A DNA stretch of 64,000 nucleotides from an uncultured Chloroflexia bacterium. GTDB taxonomy: Bacteria; Chloroflexota; Limnocylindria; Limnocylindrales; CSP1-4. The stretch covers positions 723,841 to 787,840 of the forward strand of contig CAVZVH010000026.1 in the NCBI GenBank assembly GCA_963778645.1, written 5' to 3'. Position 1 is the first letter of the stretch. The number at the start of each line of letters is the position of its first letter. The notes under the pieces were generated by a model. That model ran no database searches and was not told the origin of the DNA. It saw only the letters and a program-made list of their open reading frames with translations. Positions 51,730 to 62,230 of this stretch are shown one piece after another. The translations under genes were made by a program, and so were the position numbers.

Positions 51730-54570
51730 ATGACGGGTCGACACGCGCCCGCGAGCCTCACGCCCGGCTTCTCGCTGCCGGCCTTCGAGAAGTCGGCGCC
51801 GCCACCGCCCCCCGGCCTGGTCGCGGCGCGCATCGACATGCACTCGAGCTCCGGCGACGTCGTCGCCGATCTCTTCGGGCGGGGCGGCTGGGTCGCGCGG
51901 GCAGCCGTCGACCGGCAGCGGCGCGCCGTCTCCCTCGAATCGACGCCGCTGACCCGGATGCTCGCCGAGGTGGTGCTGCGGCCGCCGGACGTCCGCCACC
52001 TCGACGCCGCGTTCCAGGGCATGGCCGCCTCGCCGCGACGCGAGTCGAGCCTCAAGGTGTCGCTCGGCGACCTGTACGCGACGCGCTGCGCGACGTGCGG
52101 CCGGATGCTGGTCGTCGACGAGATCGTGTGGGGCCTCGACGAAGGCATGGACGTCGCGACCGCGGACGCCACGGCCGCCAAGCCGATCGCCCGGAATTAC
52201 CGATGCACGGTCTGCCGCGACCAGCGGGGCGGGTCGGAGCAGCGCTCGGGGCCGCTCGACGACGACGACCTCGCCAAGATCGCCGCCGACGTCGGCGTGG
52301 ACGAGGTGCGGGCCAGCTTGCGCGGACGGTTCGCGCCGGTCGATGGCGCCGAATCGCTGGTCGACGAGCTGCTGGCGCTCCACACCCCACGCCAGCTGGT
52401 CGGGCTCGCGGCCATCCTCGACCGCATCGAGAGCGACCTCCGCGCCGCGCCCGTCCTGGCGGCGCTCCGACTGGCCTTCCTGCACAGCATCCTGCCGGCC
52501 AGCCGCCTGGCCACCACCAACGGGCGGATCGCGAACCTGCGCATCAACGGCGGCCACGTGCGGCTTCCGACGGCGACGCAGTGGCGGGAGCGCAACCCGT
52601 GGTTGGCCTTCGAGGATGCCGTGCGACTGGTCCGGGGCTTCGTCCAGCGGCTCGAGGGTGGTGCGCTCGGACCCCTTCAGGCCCGCCTCGGCGAGGACCT
52701 GCGGAGCCTGGGGGAGGGGACGGCGACCGCGGTCCTGGCCCTCTCGAGCCCATCCGGCCTGCGCGTCCTCCACGACCAGCCCGACGTCCAGGGTCGGGGC
52801 GCGCCGGCCCCGCGGATCCGCCTGGTCCTTGGCCAGCCGCCGGTCCGGCCCGGTCTCGAACGCCTGGGCATCGCCTACCACGCGACGTCCTGGGTGCTCG
52901 GGCGCGATGCCGCCTCACTGCTCCCGATCGACGCCCTGGCCGGATCGTCGCTCCGGGCGCCCTGGAGCTGGCAGGCCGTGACGATCGGACGGGCGCTCGA
53001 AGCCGCCGCACCCGCGATGGCCCGGGATGGTCGTGCGGTCCTGCTGGCCGACAGCGGGCCGGAGGGTCTGGCGGCGGCCGTCCTTGGCGGAGCGAGCGCG
53101 GGCTATCGACTGGTGAGCGCCCGCCTGGCCGACGGCGACGACGAGGTCGGCGGGTCGGTGGAATTCCTGCCGCCCGGTGCCGCGCGGCCGCCCGCGCCGC
53201 GGACCCGGTCCAATGTGTCGTTGCCGCCGATCCCGGGCGGCGCCGGCGATCCGGACCTCGTGCCCGGGCCGGGCCTCTTCTCCGCCCCTGAGCGCTTCGA
53301 CCAGCGGCCGTTCTCCGCCGCGGAGGCGGCGCAGACCGTGACCGACACGGCCGTGGAGACGCTGCGAGCCCGCGGCGAACCGGCCCGCTACGAACGGCTC
53401 TTCGGCGAGGTCCTCGTCGGGCTGGATCGGGCCGGGCAGCTCCGCCGGCTCGCGACGGTCGACTCCGAACGAGGCCGCGCGGCGGCGCGACGCATCGACG
53501 GATCGGGCGCGACCGAGTGGCCCGAGACCGAGGAGCCACCGAGCGACGGGCCGGTCGGACCCACGTCAGCAGCGGGACGCGACTCGGACGGGCCACCGGC
53601 ACGCCGGCGTGCCGACCGAGCGGTCGGGGCACCGCCGGACCTCCGCTCGGGCTCGTTGCGAGTGGCTTCAGCAGGCGAGGCATCGCCCGACCCGGTCGAC
53701 CGGCTCCTCTCGCTCGTGCGCGACGAGATGACGCGGCCCGGGAATGGCCGGCTCATGGAGATCGAGCCCGGCCGCTGGTGGCTCGCCGACCCGAAGGACC
53801 AGGAAGCGGCGGCCATCCCACTCGCAGACCGCGTCGAATGGGCCGTGTTCAGCCTCCTCTCGACCGCGGGCCCGCTCTCCGAGGCCGCGTTCTTCGAGCG
53901 CATCGCGACGCTCTTCACCGGCCATGACCTGCCCGACGAGGGCCTGGTCCGGGCCTGCCTGGAGAGCTATCGGAGCATGGCCAGCACGCCGGACCGTCTG
54001 GTCACGACGGACGACCTGCTTCGCCGTAGCCAGGAGCACACCGACCTGCTCGCGACGCTCGCTGACGCCGGTCATCGACTCGGCCTGCGGGTCTGGCTGG
54101 CCCAGCGCGAGCAGACCCGACGGACGCACGGCACGCTGCTCGGCGACCGGCTCGACCGACGCGAGCGGCAGGCGTACCTGGGCGCGATCAGCCGGCCGGC
54201 CGAGGATCTCGCCGACGTCGACTGCATCTGGTACGTTCGCGGCAAGGTCGCGCTGCTGTTCGAGGTCGAGTGGACCGCGATGCTGGGCGAGCCGCTCCTG
54301 CGCCGTCATGCCCGGATCCCGCCGAACGATTCGCTCGTGCGGTTCCTGGTCATCGCCCCGGAGCGGACCGAGCTCGTCCGCTACAAGATCGGTCGCTCGC
54401 CGCTGCTGCGTGCCGCCCTCGAGGCCGGCGCCTTCAACATCGTCAAATCGGACCACCTCCGGCGTTTCCTCGACGTCGAGAAGCCGGATCTCGCGGATCT
54501 CGAGCCGTACCTGGGCCTCGATCCGATGATCGAGCGGAGCGGGGAGCAGATGCCGCTGTTCGGGGGCTGA
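51730..54570 (+). CDS. Large Zn-ribbon DNA-methylase-like protein (COG1743-like layout) with degenerate catalytic motif and PD-(D/E)xK-like C-terminal domain
   Basis: Unbroken 947-codon ORF (TTG 51727 or ATG 51730). Features: PPGLVAARIDMHSSSGDVVADLFGRGGWVARAAVDRQRRAVSLE (SAM motif-I-like FGxGG), a Cys4 ribbon CATCG...CTVCRD, HTPRQLVGLAAIL, WRERNPW, LVLGQPPVRPG where DPPY is expected, and the C-terminal DVDCIWYVRGKVALLFEVEW. Confidence 0.6.
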   Translation: MTGRHAPASLTPGFSLPAFEKSAPPPPPGLVAARIDMHSSSGDVVADLFGRGGWVARAAVDRQRRAVSLESTPLTRMLAEVVLRPPDVRHLDAAFQGMAASPRRESSLKVSLGDLYATRCATCGRMLVVDEIVWGLDEGMDVATADATAAKPIARNYRCTVCRDQRGGSEQRSGPLDDDDLAKIAADVGVDEVRASLRGRFAPVDGAESLVDELLALHTPRQLVGLAAILDRIESDLRAAPVLAALRLAFLHSILPASRLATTNGRIANLRINGGHVRLPTATQWRERNPWLAFEDAVRLVRGFVQRLEGGALGPLQARLGEDLRSLGEGTATAVLALSSPSGLRVLHDQPDVQGRGAPAPRIRLVLGQPPVRPGLERLGIAYHATSWVLGRDAASLLPIDALAGSSLRAPWSWQAVTIGRALEAAAPAMARDGRAVLLADSGPEGLAAAVLGGASAGYRLVSARLADGDDEVGGSVEFLPPGAARPPAPRTRSNVSLPPIPGGAGDPDLVPGPGLFSAPERFDQRPFSAAEAAQTVTDTAVETLRARGEPARYERLFGEVLVGLDRAGQLRRLATVDSERGRAAARRIDGSGATEWPETEEPPSDGPVGPTSAAGRDSDGPPARRRADRAVGAPPDLRSGSLRVASAGEASPDPVDRLLSLVRDEMTRPGNGRLMEIEPGRWWLADPKDQEAAAIPLADRVEWAVFSLLSTAGPLSEAAFFERIATLFTGHDLPDEGLVRACLESYRSMASTPDRLVTTDDLLRRSQEHTDLLATLADAGHRLGLRVWLAQREQTRRTHGTLLGDRLDRRERQAYLGAISRPAEDLADVDCIWYVRGKVALLFEVEWTAMLGEPLLRRHARIPPNDSLVRFLVIAPERTELVRYKIGRSPLLRAALEAGAFNIVKSDHLRRFLDVEKPDLADLEPYLGLDPMIERSGEQMPLFGG

Positions 54571-54730
54571 GCCGGATCACGCAGGCCCGATACGCGGGGG
54601 ACACGACGGCGCTACATTAGGCGCCCAGTGCGGCTGTCGGGCCGCGTATCCCGACGCGGCTGACGGGCCGCAGCAGCTCTCATCCCGCGGCATCGGGCCG
54701 CGCCAGGGGACGCGCATGAGGAGGTCCTAG

Positions 54731-56417
54731 GTGACCACGCCCCGTTATGCCGGCTCGCCGGTCGATGAGCTCGCCGATCGCTTCTGGGAGGCGATCCTGG
54801 AGCTGAACCCGACGACCGCCACGTTCTACGGCGACCCGCGCTACGCGGACCGCCTGGAGGATCCGGGGCCCGAGGGCCGGGCCAAGACTCGCGCACTCAT
54901 GGAACGGACCGCGGAGGAGGCGCGTGCCATCTCGACCGATGGGCTGCCCACCGAGGAGCGCATCACCCGCGACATGCTGCTCGTCATCGCGGAGCTCAAC
55001 ATCGAGGAGGACGACCAGCGCCTGCACGAGCTGCGGGTCGTGGACCAGATGGGCGGCCCGCAGCAGCTGCTGCCCCAGATGACCCAGTTCCAGCCGGCCG
55101 ACACACCCGAAGGACTCGAGGCCTTCATCGGTCGCCTCAACGCGTACCCGGCGTTCATGGCGGCGAATTCGCAGATCCTCATCGATGGGATGCATTCAGG
55201 TCTCACGGCGCCGAGGATCGTGACCGAGCGCACGATCGCGCAGATCGAGCGGATGCTGTCGGTGCCGATCGACGAGGCGATCATCCCCTCGATGGTCACC
55301 GTCGCGTCGGACGCCGACCGTGAGCGCATCCGCGAGATCGTCCGCGACGTGGTCGTCCCCGCCGACACGGCCTTCCTCGACACCCTGCGCGGCGAGTACC
55401 GGCACGCCAGCCGCGAGGAACCGGGCATCTGGTCGGCACCCAACGGCGACCAGCTCTACCGGACCGCGATCCGCAGCTGGACGACCCTCGACCTCGACCC
55501 CGAGGACGTCCATCGGACGGGCCTGGCGGACATCGAGCAGATCGAACTCGAACGCCGCGAGATCGCCCGAGCGGCCGGCTTCGGTGACGACACGGCCGCG
55601 TACCGGGCGGCGCTCGATGCCGATCCGGCCAACACGCCCAAGACCAAGGCGGAGCTCGTGCGAACGCGCCGCCGAGGACATCGAGCGCGCCATGGCGGCC
55701 GCACCGCGCTTCTTCGGCGTCCTGCCCAGGGCCGGCTGTGATGTCCGCCCGGTCGAGGAGTACAAGGAGAAGGACGCGCCCTTCGCGTACTACTACCCGC
55801 CGGCCGCCGACGGCTCACGGTCGGGCATCTACTACGCCAACGGGTACGACCTCCCGAGTCGCAAGTACACCAAGCTCGCCACGACGACCTACCACGAGGC
55901 GGCGCCCGGTCACCATTTCCAGATCACCCTGGAGATGGAGAACCCGCACCTCAACACGTTCCGACGCCTCGGGGCGCGGATGGTCGGCGGGGCTTACGTC
56001 GAGGGCTGGGGCCTGTACAGCGAGCGCCTTGCCGACGAGATGGGGCTGTTCCGCGACGAGGCCGAGCGCTTCGGCATGCTCGATGCCCAGGCGTGGCGCG
56101 CCGCGCGGCTCGTTGTCGATACCGGGCTGCACGCCCTTCGTTGGGAGCGCCAGCGTTCGATCGACTTCCTCCAGCAGACGGGCCTGTCGGAGACCGACGC
56201 GGTCATCGAGACCGACCGCTACATCTGCTGGCCGGGCCAGGCGCTGACCTACAAGGTCGGCCAGCGCGAGATCGAGCGGTTGCGGGCCGAGCTCTCGGCA
56301 CGGGACGGCTCCGACTTCGACCTGCGCGCGTTCCACGACGCCGTCCTCGGTCACGGGTCATTGCCACTGGCGACGCTCTCCCGCGAGCTCCCGAACTGGG
56401 TGGCCACGCCGGCCTGA
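54731..56417 (+). pseudogene. DUF885-family protein with one frameshift near 55655-55665
   Basis: The N-terminal 310 aa are in ORF 54731..55741 (GAGGAGG upstream of the GTG start). The C-terminal part is in ORF 55320..56417 (RAAEDIERAMAAAPRFFG...TTYHEAAPGHHFQ...DRYICWPGQALTYKVG). Confidence 0.75.
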
Positions 56418-56540
56418 CCGACCGGGCGGGCGACGTTCACGGGACGTTCATCAACGCGAACCCCTGTTCGGTTGCGACTAATCGGCCGACAGCGCACGAT
56501 TGGCAGTCCTCGGGGAACGCAGCGATGTGGAGGAGGTCCC

Positions 56541-58273
56541 ATGACCGCACGCACCCGGCCCCTGGCGCCAGCGCGCCTCATCATCCTGATCGGCGGCCGT
56601 GGCGCTCGTCGCCGGGCTGGCCGGCACTGCCGGCGCGGCCGGGCCGCCCGGGTTCCAGACGACAAAGGGCTCGATGCTCACCCCGACCGTGCCGCGCGCC
56701 TGGGTCGACCCGATCATGACCGTCGGCGATGACATCGGTGCCTATCAGTTCGAGTCGATCCCGGACGGGATCGCGATCCGCAAGGCGTCCGGTCACGGCA
56801 AGGCGGAGGTCTACGTCAACCACGAGACCTCGACCGTGCCATTCCCGTACGTTGCGACCGGACCGACGGCCGCCAACTCGCAGAACGACTTCGACAACGC
56901 CCAGGTGAGCAAGCTGATCATCGATACCGACGATGCGAGCGTCCTCCAGGCGTCGATGGCGATCACCAGCGCCGAGGGCTACCAGCGGTTCTGCTCGAAC
57001 TTCCTCGCCACCAAGGCGCATGGGTTCTCGCGCGAGCTGCTGTTCACGAACGAGGAAGCCGTCGACTGGGTCAAGCGATCCGGCCCGCCGTTCTGGCCGA
57101 CGATCGAGGGCGCAGACGACTCACGCCAGCGGGCGTCGTCGTGGCCCTCGACCCGAAGACCGGCGAACGACGACCGATCTGGGGCATGGGTCGCCACAAC
57201 CACGAGAACAGCGTGGCGCTGCCCGGCTACAAGAAGCCGGTCGTCCTCTCGGGTGACGACACCTTCGTCAACTTCCCCTCGCAGTCACAGCTCTTCTCGT
57301 ACATCGCCCCGAACGCGAACGCGGTCTGGAACGACACGGGCGATCTGTGGGCGTTCGTGTTGGACGATCCGAGGCTGCAGTACGAGGACTTCGTCCTGAA
57401 CGACACGGCGGCCCCCGCCGGTCACTTCATCAAGGTGCCCAAGCTCATCGCGACCGGCAGGAACCCGGACGGGACCGAGGTCATGTCCACGGATGCGGAG
57501 TTGGCGCTGGGCCTCCCCGGCCAGTTCGCGGTGCCGACCGACGGGTCGTTCTCGCGCCCGCCCGGGCATGACGACCGGCGCCAAGCGTCGACGGCCCCCA
57601 GTGGGTCCTCGAGCGCTGGTCCCAGCTCAACGGCGTCTTCAAGTTCATCCGCCTCGAGGACATGGCCTACGACAAGCGCCATGGCATGTCCAACGTCGTC
57701 TATATCGTGGACTCCGGTCGCGGCGCATCGGGCGCAGTGGCCAACGGCAAGTCGACGAACGGGCGCGTCTGGAAGATGGTCTTCGACAAGAACGACCCGA
57801 CCAAGGTGACGTCGCTGTCGATCCTCATCGAGGGCGACGACAGTCCGATCAAGACGATCGGCGAGATCCACCAGCCCGACAACATCGAGTCCACCACGCG
57901 CGGCCTCTACCTCACCGAGGATCCGGGCGGTGGCCAACAGTTCAACTTCACCGATCCGCTGCACATCAACGATCCGAACCGGACTCCGGCGCGGATCTGG
58001 CAATACAAGCTCAGCGGCGGTGCGACGTCGGTCGTCGCGGTGGTCGATCAGTCGACCGATGAAGCAGTCGGCGACGTCGACACCACGAGCCGCGGGAACC
58101 TCGGCGCGTGGGAAGCCAGTGGCATCGTGGACGTGTCCGACTTCTTCGGGTCCGGCACCTTCCTGGTGACGATCCAGGCCCATACGATCTTCATCGAGAT
58201 CGCCGACGCGGGGACCTGGCTCAACAAGCGCGAAGGCGGCCAGCTGGTGCTGTTGCGGATCCCAGGCGCCTGA
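56541..58273 (+). pseudogene. DUF839/PhoX-like secreted beta-propeller protein (putative phosphatase), at least 4 frame disruptions
   Basis: ATG 56541 follows GGAGGAGG. Pieces: MTARTRPLAPARLIILIGG / VALVAGLAGTAGAAGPPGFQ...EGYQRFCSNFLATK...LLFTNEE / VVVALDPKTGERRPIWGMGRHNHENSV...VVLSGDDTF / VDGPQWVLERWSQLNGVFKFIRLEDMAYDK...VYIVDSGRG...GRVWKMVFD...LYLTEDPGG...GAWEASGIVDVS. Shifts lie near 56595, 57115 and 57550-57590. Confidence 0.6.
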
Positions 58274-58300
58274 CAGCGCAACGCGCCATCAGGGCAAGAA

Positions 58301-58324
58301 AGCCCCGGTCCTCGGACCGGGGCT
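58301..58324. terminator. Bidirectional hairpin between convergent genes
   Basis: AGCCCCGGTC-ctcg-GACCGGGGCT is a perfect 10-bp GC-rich stem. It lies between the stop at 58273 (+) and the stop at 58335 (-), flanked by AAGAA and TCTCC. Confidence 0.6.
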
Positions 58325-58334
58325 TCTCCTACCC

Positions 58335-59740
58335 TCAGGAATCGAACCCGATCCCAAGGGCGTCGAGCGTCTGGAGGATGAGGCCGCGGCGACCCTCGTT
58401 GCGGTCGGCGCGATCCAGCTCGTGGCGGACGGTCTCGACCGCCATGGACCGCAGCGGTTCGGGCGGGAAGGGGATCGGTGCGCTCGAGACGATGCGCAGT
58501 CGCAGCCGGTCCTCGTCGGGTCGCAGGATGAAGTCCCGCACGACGCCGCCCGCCCACCGGCTGGCCCCGACCCCGAGGCCCGTGTAGCCCAACGCGTACG
58601 TCACGCGACCACCCATCGTCTGGCCGAAGGTGACCGTGAACCGCGACGTCGTGTCGATGGCGCCGCCCCAGCGATACGGAAACCCCAGGCCCTCGAGCTG
58701 CGGAAACGCTCGGAAGAACTGGGCCTCGAGCTTGTCGAACGTCGCTGGCCGACGATCCAGCTCCGGTCCCACCCGGCTGCCGTAATGGTGGATCGCGTCG
58801 TACCCGCCCCACAGGATCCGGTCGTCGGCGGTCAGTCGGAAGTAGTGGAACTGGTTGTTGCCGTCCGACAGACCCTGTCGCCGCACCCAGCCGAGCGGAT
58901 CCGCGCATCAGAGGGCGTCAGCGGTTCGGACACCAGCACGTAGTCGTAGACCGGCACGAACAGCGGTGACAACCGCCGAAACCAGTTCGAATAGGCCGAC
59001 GTGGCGACGACCACCTGGCCGGCATGGACGGTGGCGCCGTCGGCGGTTCGGAGCACGACGGCGCCGGCGACTCGTTCCAGCGTCGTCACCTTCGTCCGCT
59101 CGTGGATCCGGACACCGCGCGCCCGGGCGACGCGGGCGATCCCGCGGCACAACGCCACCGGATCGACGAGGACATCCCGACCGGGCGGCCGATACAGGCC
59201 GGCCTGCCAGATCGGTGAGCGGACCTCGGCCTGGGCAGCGTCGCGGTCGAGGAATTCGAGATGCTCGCCGTGCTCGGCCGCCTCGTCCACCCACGCACGG
59301 AACTCGTCGACCTGGTAGCCCTGGTCGGCCAGGGTGAGCGTGCCCGTCTCCTCGAGGTCGCAGTCGATGCCGTGCTCGCGCGTGAACGCGATCAGTCCCT
59401 GCAGGTTCTCGATGCCTTCCCGCTCGAGGCGCTCGAGCTCATCCGGGAAATGCTTGATCCCGTTCGCCAGGCCGTGCGTCAGGCTGGCCTCGCAGAACCC
59501 GCCGTTGCGGCCGCTCGCCCCGAATGCGACGGTCTCCGCCTCGAGGACGAGGACCCGCAGTGAGGGATCCGTATCGGTGAGCGCGATCGCCGTCCACAGG
59601 CCGGTGAACCCGGCGCCGACGATCGCGACATCGACCGTCGTCGGCTCGCCGGGGGTCAACGAAGGGTCGGCGGGAGGGCCCGGGTCTCGGAGCCAGTAGC
59701 TGATGGGTTGCTGGCCGTTAGCCCCGGGCCGGTCGGTCAT
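58335..59740 (-). pseudogene. FAD-dependent oxidoreductase (DAO family, gamma-glutamylputrescine-oxidase-like) with one frameshift near 58895-58905
   Basis: The N-terminal 280 aa are the last part of ORF 58832..61162 (MTDRPGANG...VDVAIVGAGFTGLWTA...GASGRNGG). The C-terminal part is in ORF 58335..58886 (GWVRRQGLSDGNNQFHYFRLTADDRILWGGYD...). Confidence 0.7.
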
Positions 59741-59953
59741 CCGCGCATGGTGCCACGGCCAACGAGACGCGCGCATCGCGCAGGCCAGGGCCCGATCCAG
59801 GCCGGGATTCGCACCCAGCCAAGGGCAACGGACACGAATGTCGCGTTGACGACGCAACGGCCGGTATGGCACGATGGCCCGGCGCCCCGTCCCACTCCGC
59901 GCAACTCCTGTCCCACGGACCGGGCCGTCCCAACCCGTACGCAGAGGACCTTC

Positions 59954-61354
59954 ATGGCCACAGAGCCCGCCGCCCGCCCGACGCCGTCGATCACGCGCGA
60001 CCGCCAGCACGAGCTGTACGAGCGAGCGTTGCGGCATCTGCCCGGCGGCGCCAACTCGAACTTCCGGGCGTGGGGCGACGACACCATCTATGTCGACCGC
60101 GGCCAGGGTGGGCTCGTCTGGGACATGGACGGCAACGAGTTCGTCGACCTGCGGATGGGCTACGGGCCGGTCATCCTCGGCCACGGTGACGCACGCGTCG
60201 ACGACTACGTCAACGAGCGGATGCGCCGGGGCGTCAGCTTCAGCCTGACCAGCGAGGACGAGATCCGCGCGATCGAGCTCGTGTGCGAGCTGACCGGCTG
60301 GGTCGAGATGGCGCGGATGACGGTCTCGGGCACCGAGGCCACGATGCACGCGATGCGCATCGCGCGCGCCTACACGGGCCGCGAGAAGATCGTGAAGTTC
60401 GAAGGCCAGTACCACGGCGTCCACGACTACGCGCTCATCAGCGTCGGGCCTGACGACATGTCCGAGCTGGGTGACGCCGAGAAGCCGGTCGCGCTCGCGT
60501 GGGGTCGCGGCATCCCGGGAGCGGTCGCCGACACGATCATCCCGGCCCGCTACAACAACATCGACTTCCTGCGCCGGTTGTTCGAGGAGCAGGGACACGA
60601 GATCGCGGCGGTGATCGTCGAACCCGTGCTCGGCAACGCCCAGGGGATCATGCCCAAGCCAGGCTTCCACAAGGCCATGCGGGCCCTCACCGAAGAATTC
60701 GGCATCCTGCTGATCTTCGACGAGGTCAAGACGGGCTTCCGCTTCGCCCGGGGCGGCGCCGCTGAATTCTTCGGCATCACACCGGACCTCGCGACCTACG
60801 CCAAGGCGATGGGGAACGGCTATCCGGCGGCGGCGTTCGGGGGGTCGCGCGAGGTCATGAGTGTGCTGCCGGACAAGGTCAGCCATGGCGGCACCTACGC
60901 GGGCAACCGCATCGCGGCCGCGGCCGCGGTGAAGACGCTGACCATCCTCAAGGAGACGGACGCCCTCGAGACGATCCACGCCACCGGGCGCCGCCTGCAG
61001 GACGGGCTCAAGGAGATCCTGAACCCGGTCGGGATCCCGTACCACTTCACCGGGCACCCATCCATGTTCGGGATCATGTTCCGAGAGGAGGAGGCGTCCG
61101 AGTACCGCGACTGGGCCACAACGGACCACGAGCTGTACGACGCGATCGCGATCGGCATGCACGCTCGCGGCGCGATGCCCGAGCCCGATTCACGCGAGCC
61201 GTGGTTCCTCTGCGAAGCGCACGCGAAAGGCGACCTCATCGATCGCGTGCTCACCGCGTTCTCCGACTCGCTGGACGCAGCGCTCGAAGACCGCGCACAT
61301 CACGCACCGCCGCCGACGCCGCATGGCGGGATGGCATCGCCCGGCGCGGGCTGA
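59954..61354 (+). CDS. Class-III (aspartate aminotransferase family) PLP aminotransferase, GSA-aminomutase-like
   Basis: ATG at residue 83 of ORF 59708..61354. Motifs are LPGGANSNFR, VDLRMGYGPVILGH, MTVSGTEATMHAMRIARAYTGR, IFDEVKTGFR and ATYAKAMGNGYP. Confidence 0.85.
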   Translation: MATEPAARPTPSITRDRQHELYERALRHLPGGANSNFRAWGDDTIYVDRGQGGLVWDMDGNEFVDLRMGYGPVILGHGDARVDDYVNERMRRGVSFSLTSEDEIRAIELVCELTGWVEMARMTVSGTEATMHAMRIARAYTGREKIVKFEGQYHGVHDYALISVGPDDMSELGDAEKPVALAWGRGIPGAVADTIIPARYNNIDFLRRLFEEQGHEIAAVIVEPVLGNAQGIMPKPGFHKAMRALTEEFGILLIFDEVKTGFRFARGGAAEFFGITPDLATYAKAMGNGYPAAAFGGSREVMSVLPDKVSHGGTYAGNRIAAAAAVKTLTILKETDALETIHATGRRLQDGLKEILNPVGIPYHFTGHPSMFGIMFREEEASEYRDWATTDHELYDAIAIGMHARGAMPEPDSREPWFLCEAHAKGDLIDRVLTAFSDSLDAALEDRAHHAPPPTPHGGMASPGAG

Positions 61355-61376
61355 CACGGAAGCGAGGGGTAACGAC

Positions 61377-62186
61377 ATGGTCCTCGATGGCAACGCGGTC
61401 CGCTCGGTCGACCGGGCGGCGGCCCTGCTCCTTGCCCTCGGGGACAGTCAGGGCGAGGCCGGGGTGACCGAGCTCGCCCGACGCCTCGGCCTGCACAAGT
61501 CAACGGCCTCGCGTCTGTTGGCGACGCTCCAGAAGCGCGGTCTGGTCGAGCAGGACGACGAGACCGGCAAGTACCGGCTGGGTCTCGTGGTCATCCGCCT
61601 GGCCGAACGGGCCGAACGGACCCTGGACCTGCGTGGCATCGCGCTGCCCGAGCTCGAACGCCTGGCGCGCCTCACCCACGAGACGACCGGCCTGGGCGTG
61701 CTGGACGGCGAATCGATGCTCGCCGTCGCGCAGGTCGATGGCCCGAATCTCATCGCGGTCGGCGATTGGACCGGGCGCGCCACACCACTCCATTGCGTCG
61801 CCTCCGGCAAGGTCCTGCTGGCGGCCCTGGCCGAGCGGGAGGTGCTTCGCATCGTCCGCCATGGCCTTGTCAGTTACACGGAACGAACGATCACCGAGCT
61901 CGAGCCGCTCCTCGAGGAGCTGGCCCGCATCCGCCGGCGCGGTTACGCGACGGCGATCGGTGAGTACGAGTTGGGACTCAACGCGGTGGCCGCACCGGTG
62001 CACGACGCCCGCAGCAACGTCATCGCGGCGGTCGACATCTGGGGGCCGGCCTTCCGCCTGACCCCACGCCGAGTGCCGGAGCTCGCGGCCCAGGCGCGCG
62101 AGGCCGCGGCGGCCATCTCGGTCCGCCTGGGCGGTACGGTTCCCGAGCGCGATCCCGCACGAACACCGACGACCGCCACCGCCTGA
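61377..62186 (+). CDS. IclR-family transcriptional regulator
   Basis: ATG at residue 19 of ORF 61323..62186. It has the HTH VTELARRLGLHKSTASRLLATLQKRGLV and an effector-domain pattern (GYATAIGEYELGLNAVAAPV). Confidence 0.85.
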   Translation: MVLDGNAVRSVDRAAALLLALGDSQGEAGVTELARRLGLHKSTASRLLATLQKRGLVEQDDETGKYRLGLVVIRLAERAERTLDLRGIALPELERLARLTHETTGLGVLDGESMLAVAQVDGPNLIAVGDWTGRATPLHCVASGKVLLAALAEREVLRIVRHGLVSYTERTITELEPLLEELARIRRRGYATAIGEYELGLNAVAAPVHDARSNVIAAVDIWGPAFRLTPRRVPELAAQAREAAAAISVRLGGTVPERDPARTPTTATA

Positions 62187-62230
62187 GTCCATCGGCGTCA
62201 CCGGCGTGCGCCCGGGTGCGTCCGAGCGAC

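Noticed and set aside
51466-53683. Minus-strand ORFs 51466..52881 and 52544..53683, and plus ORF 52095..53291
   Set aside because: They are shadows of the 947-codon methylase-like ORF, with Arg/Pro/Gly-rich composition.
59741-61162. Upstream 470 aa of ORF 58832..61162 (-)
   Set aside because: It is antisense to the class-III aminotransferase. The FAD-oxidase homology starts only at the internal ATG 59740 (dinucleotide fold GAGFTG soon after).
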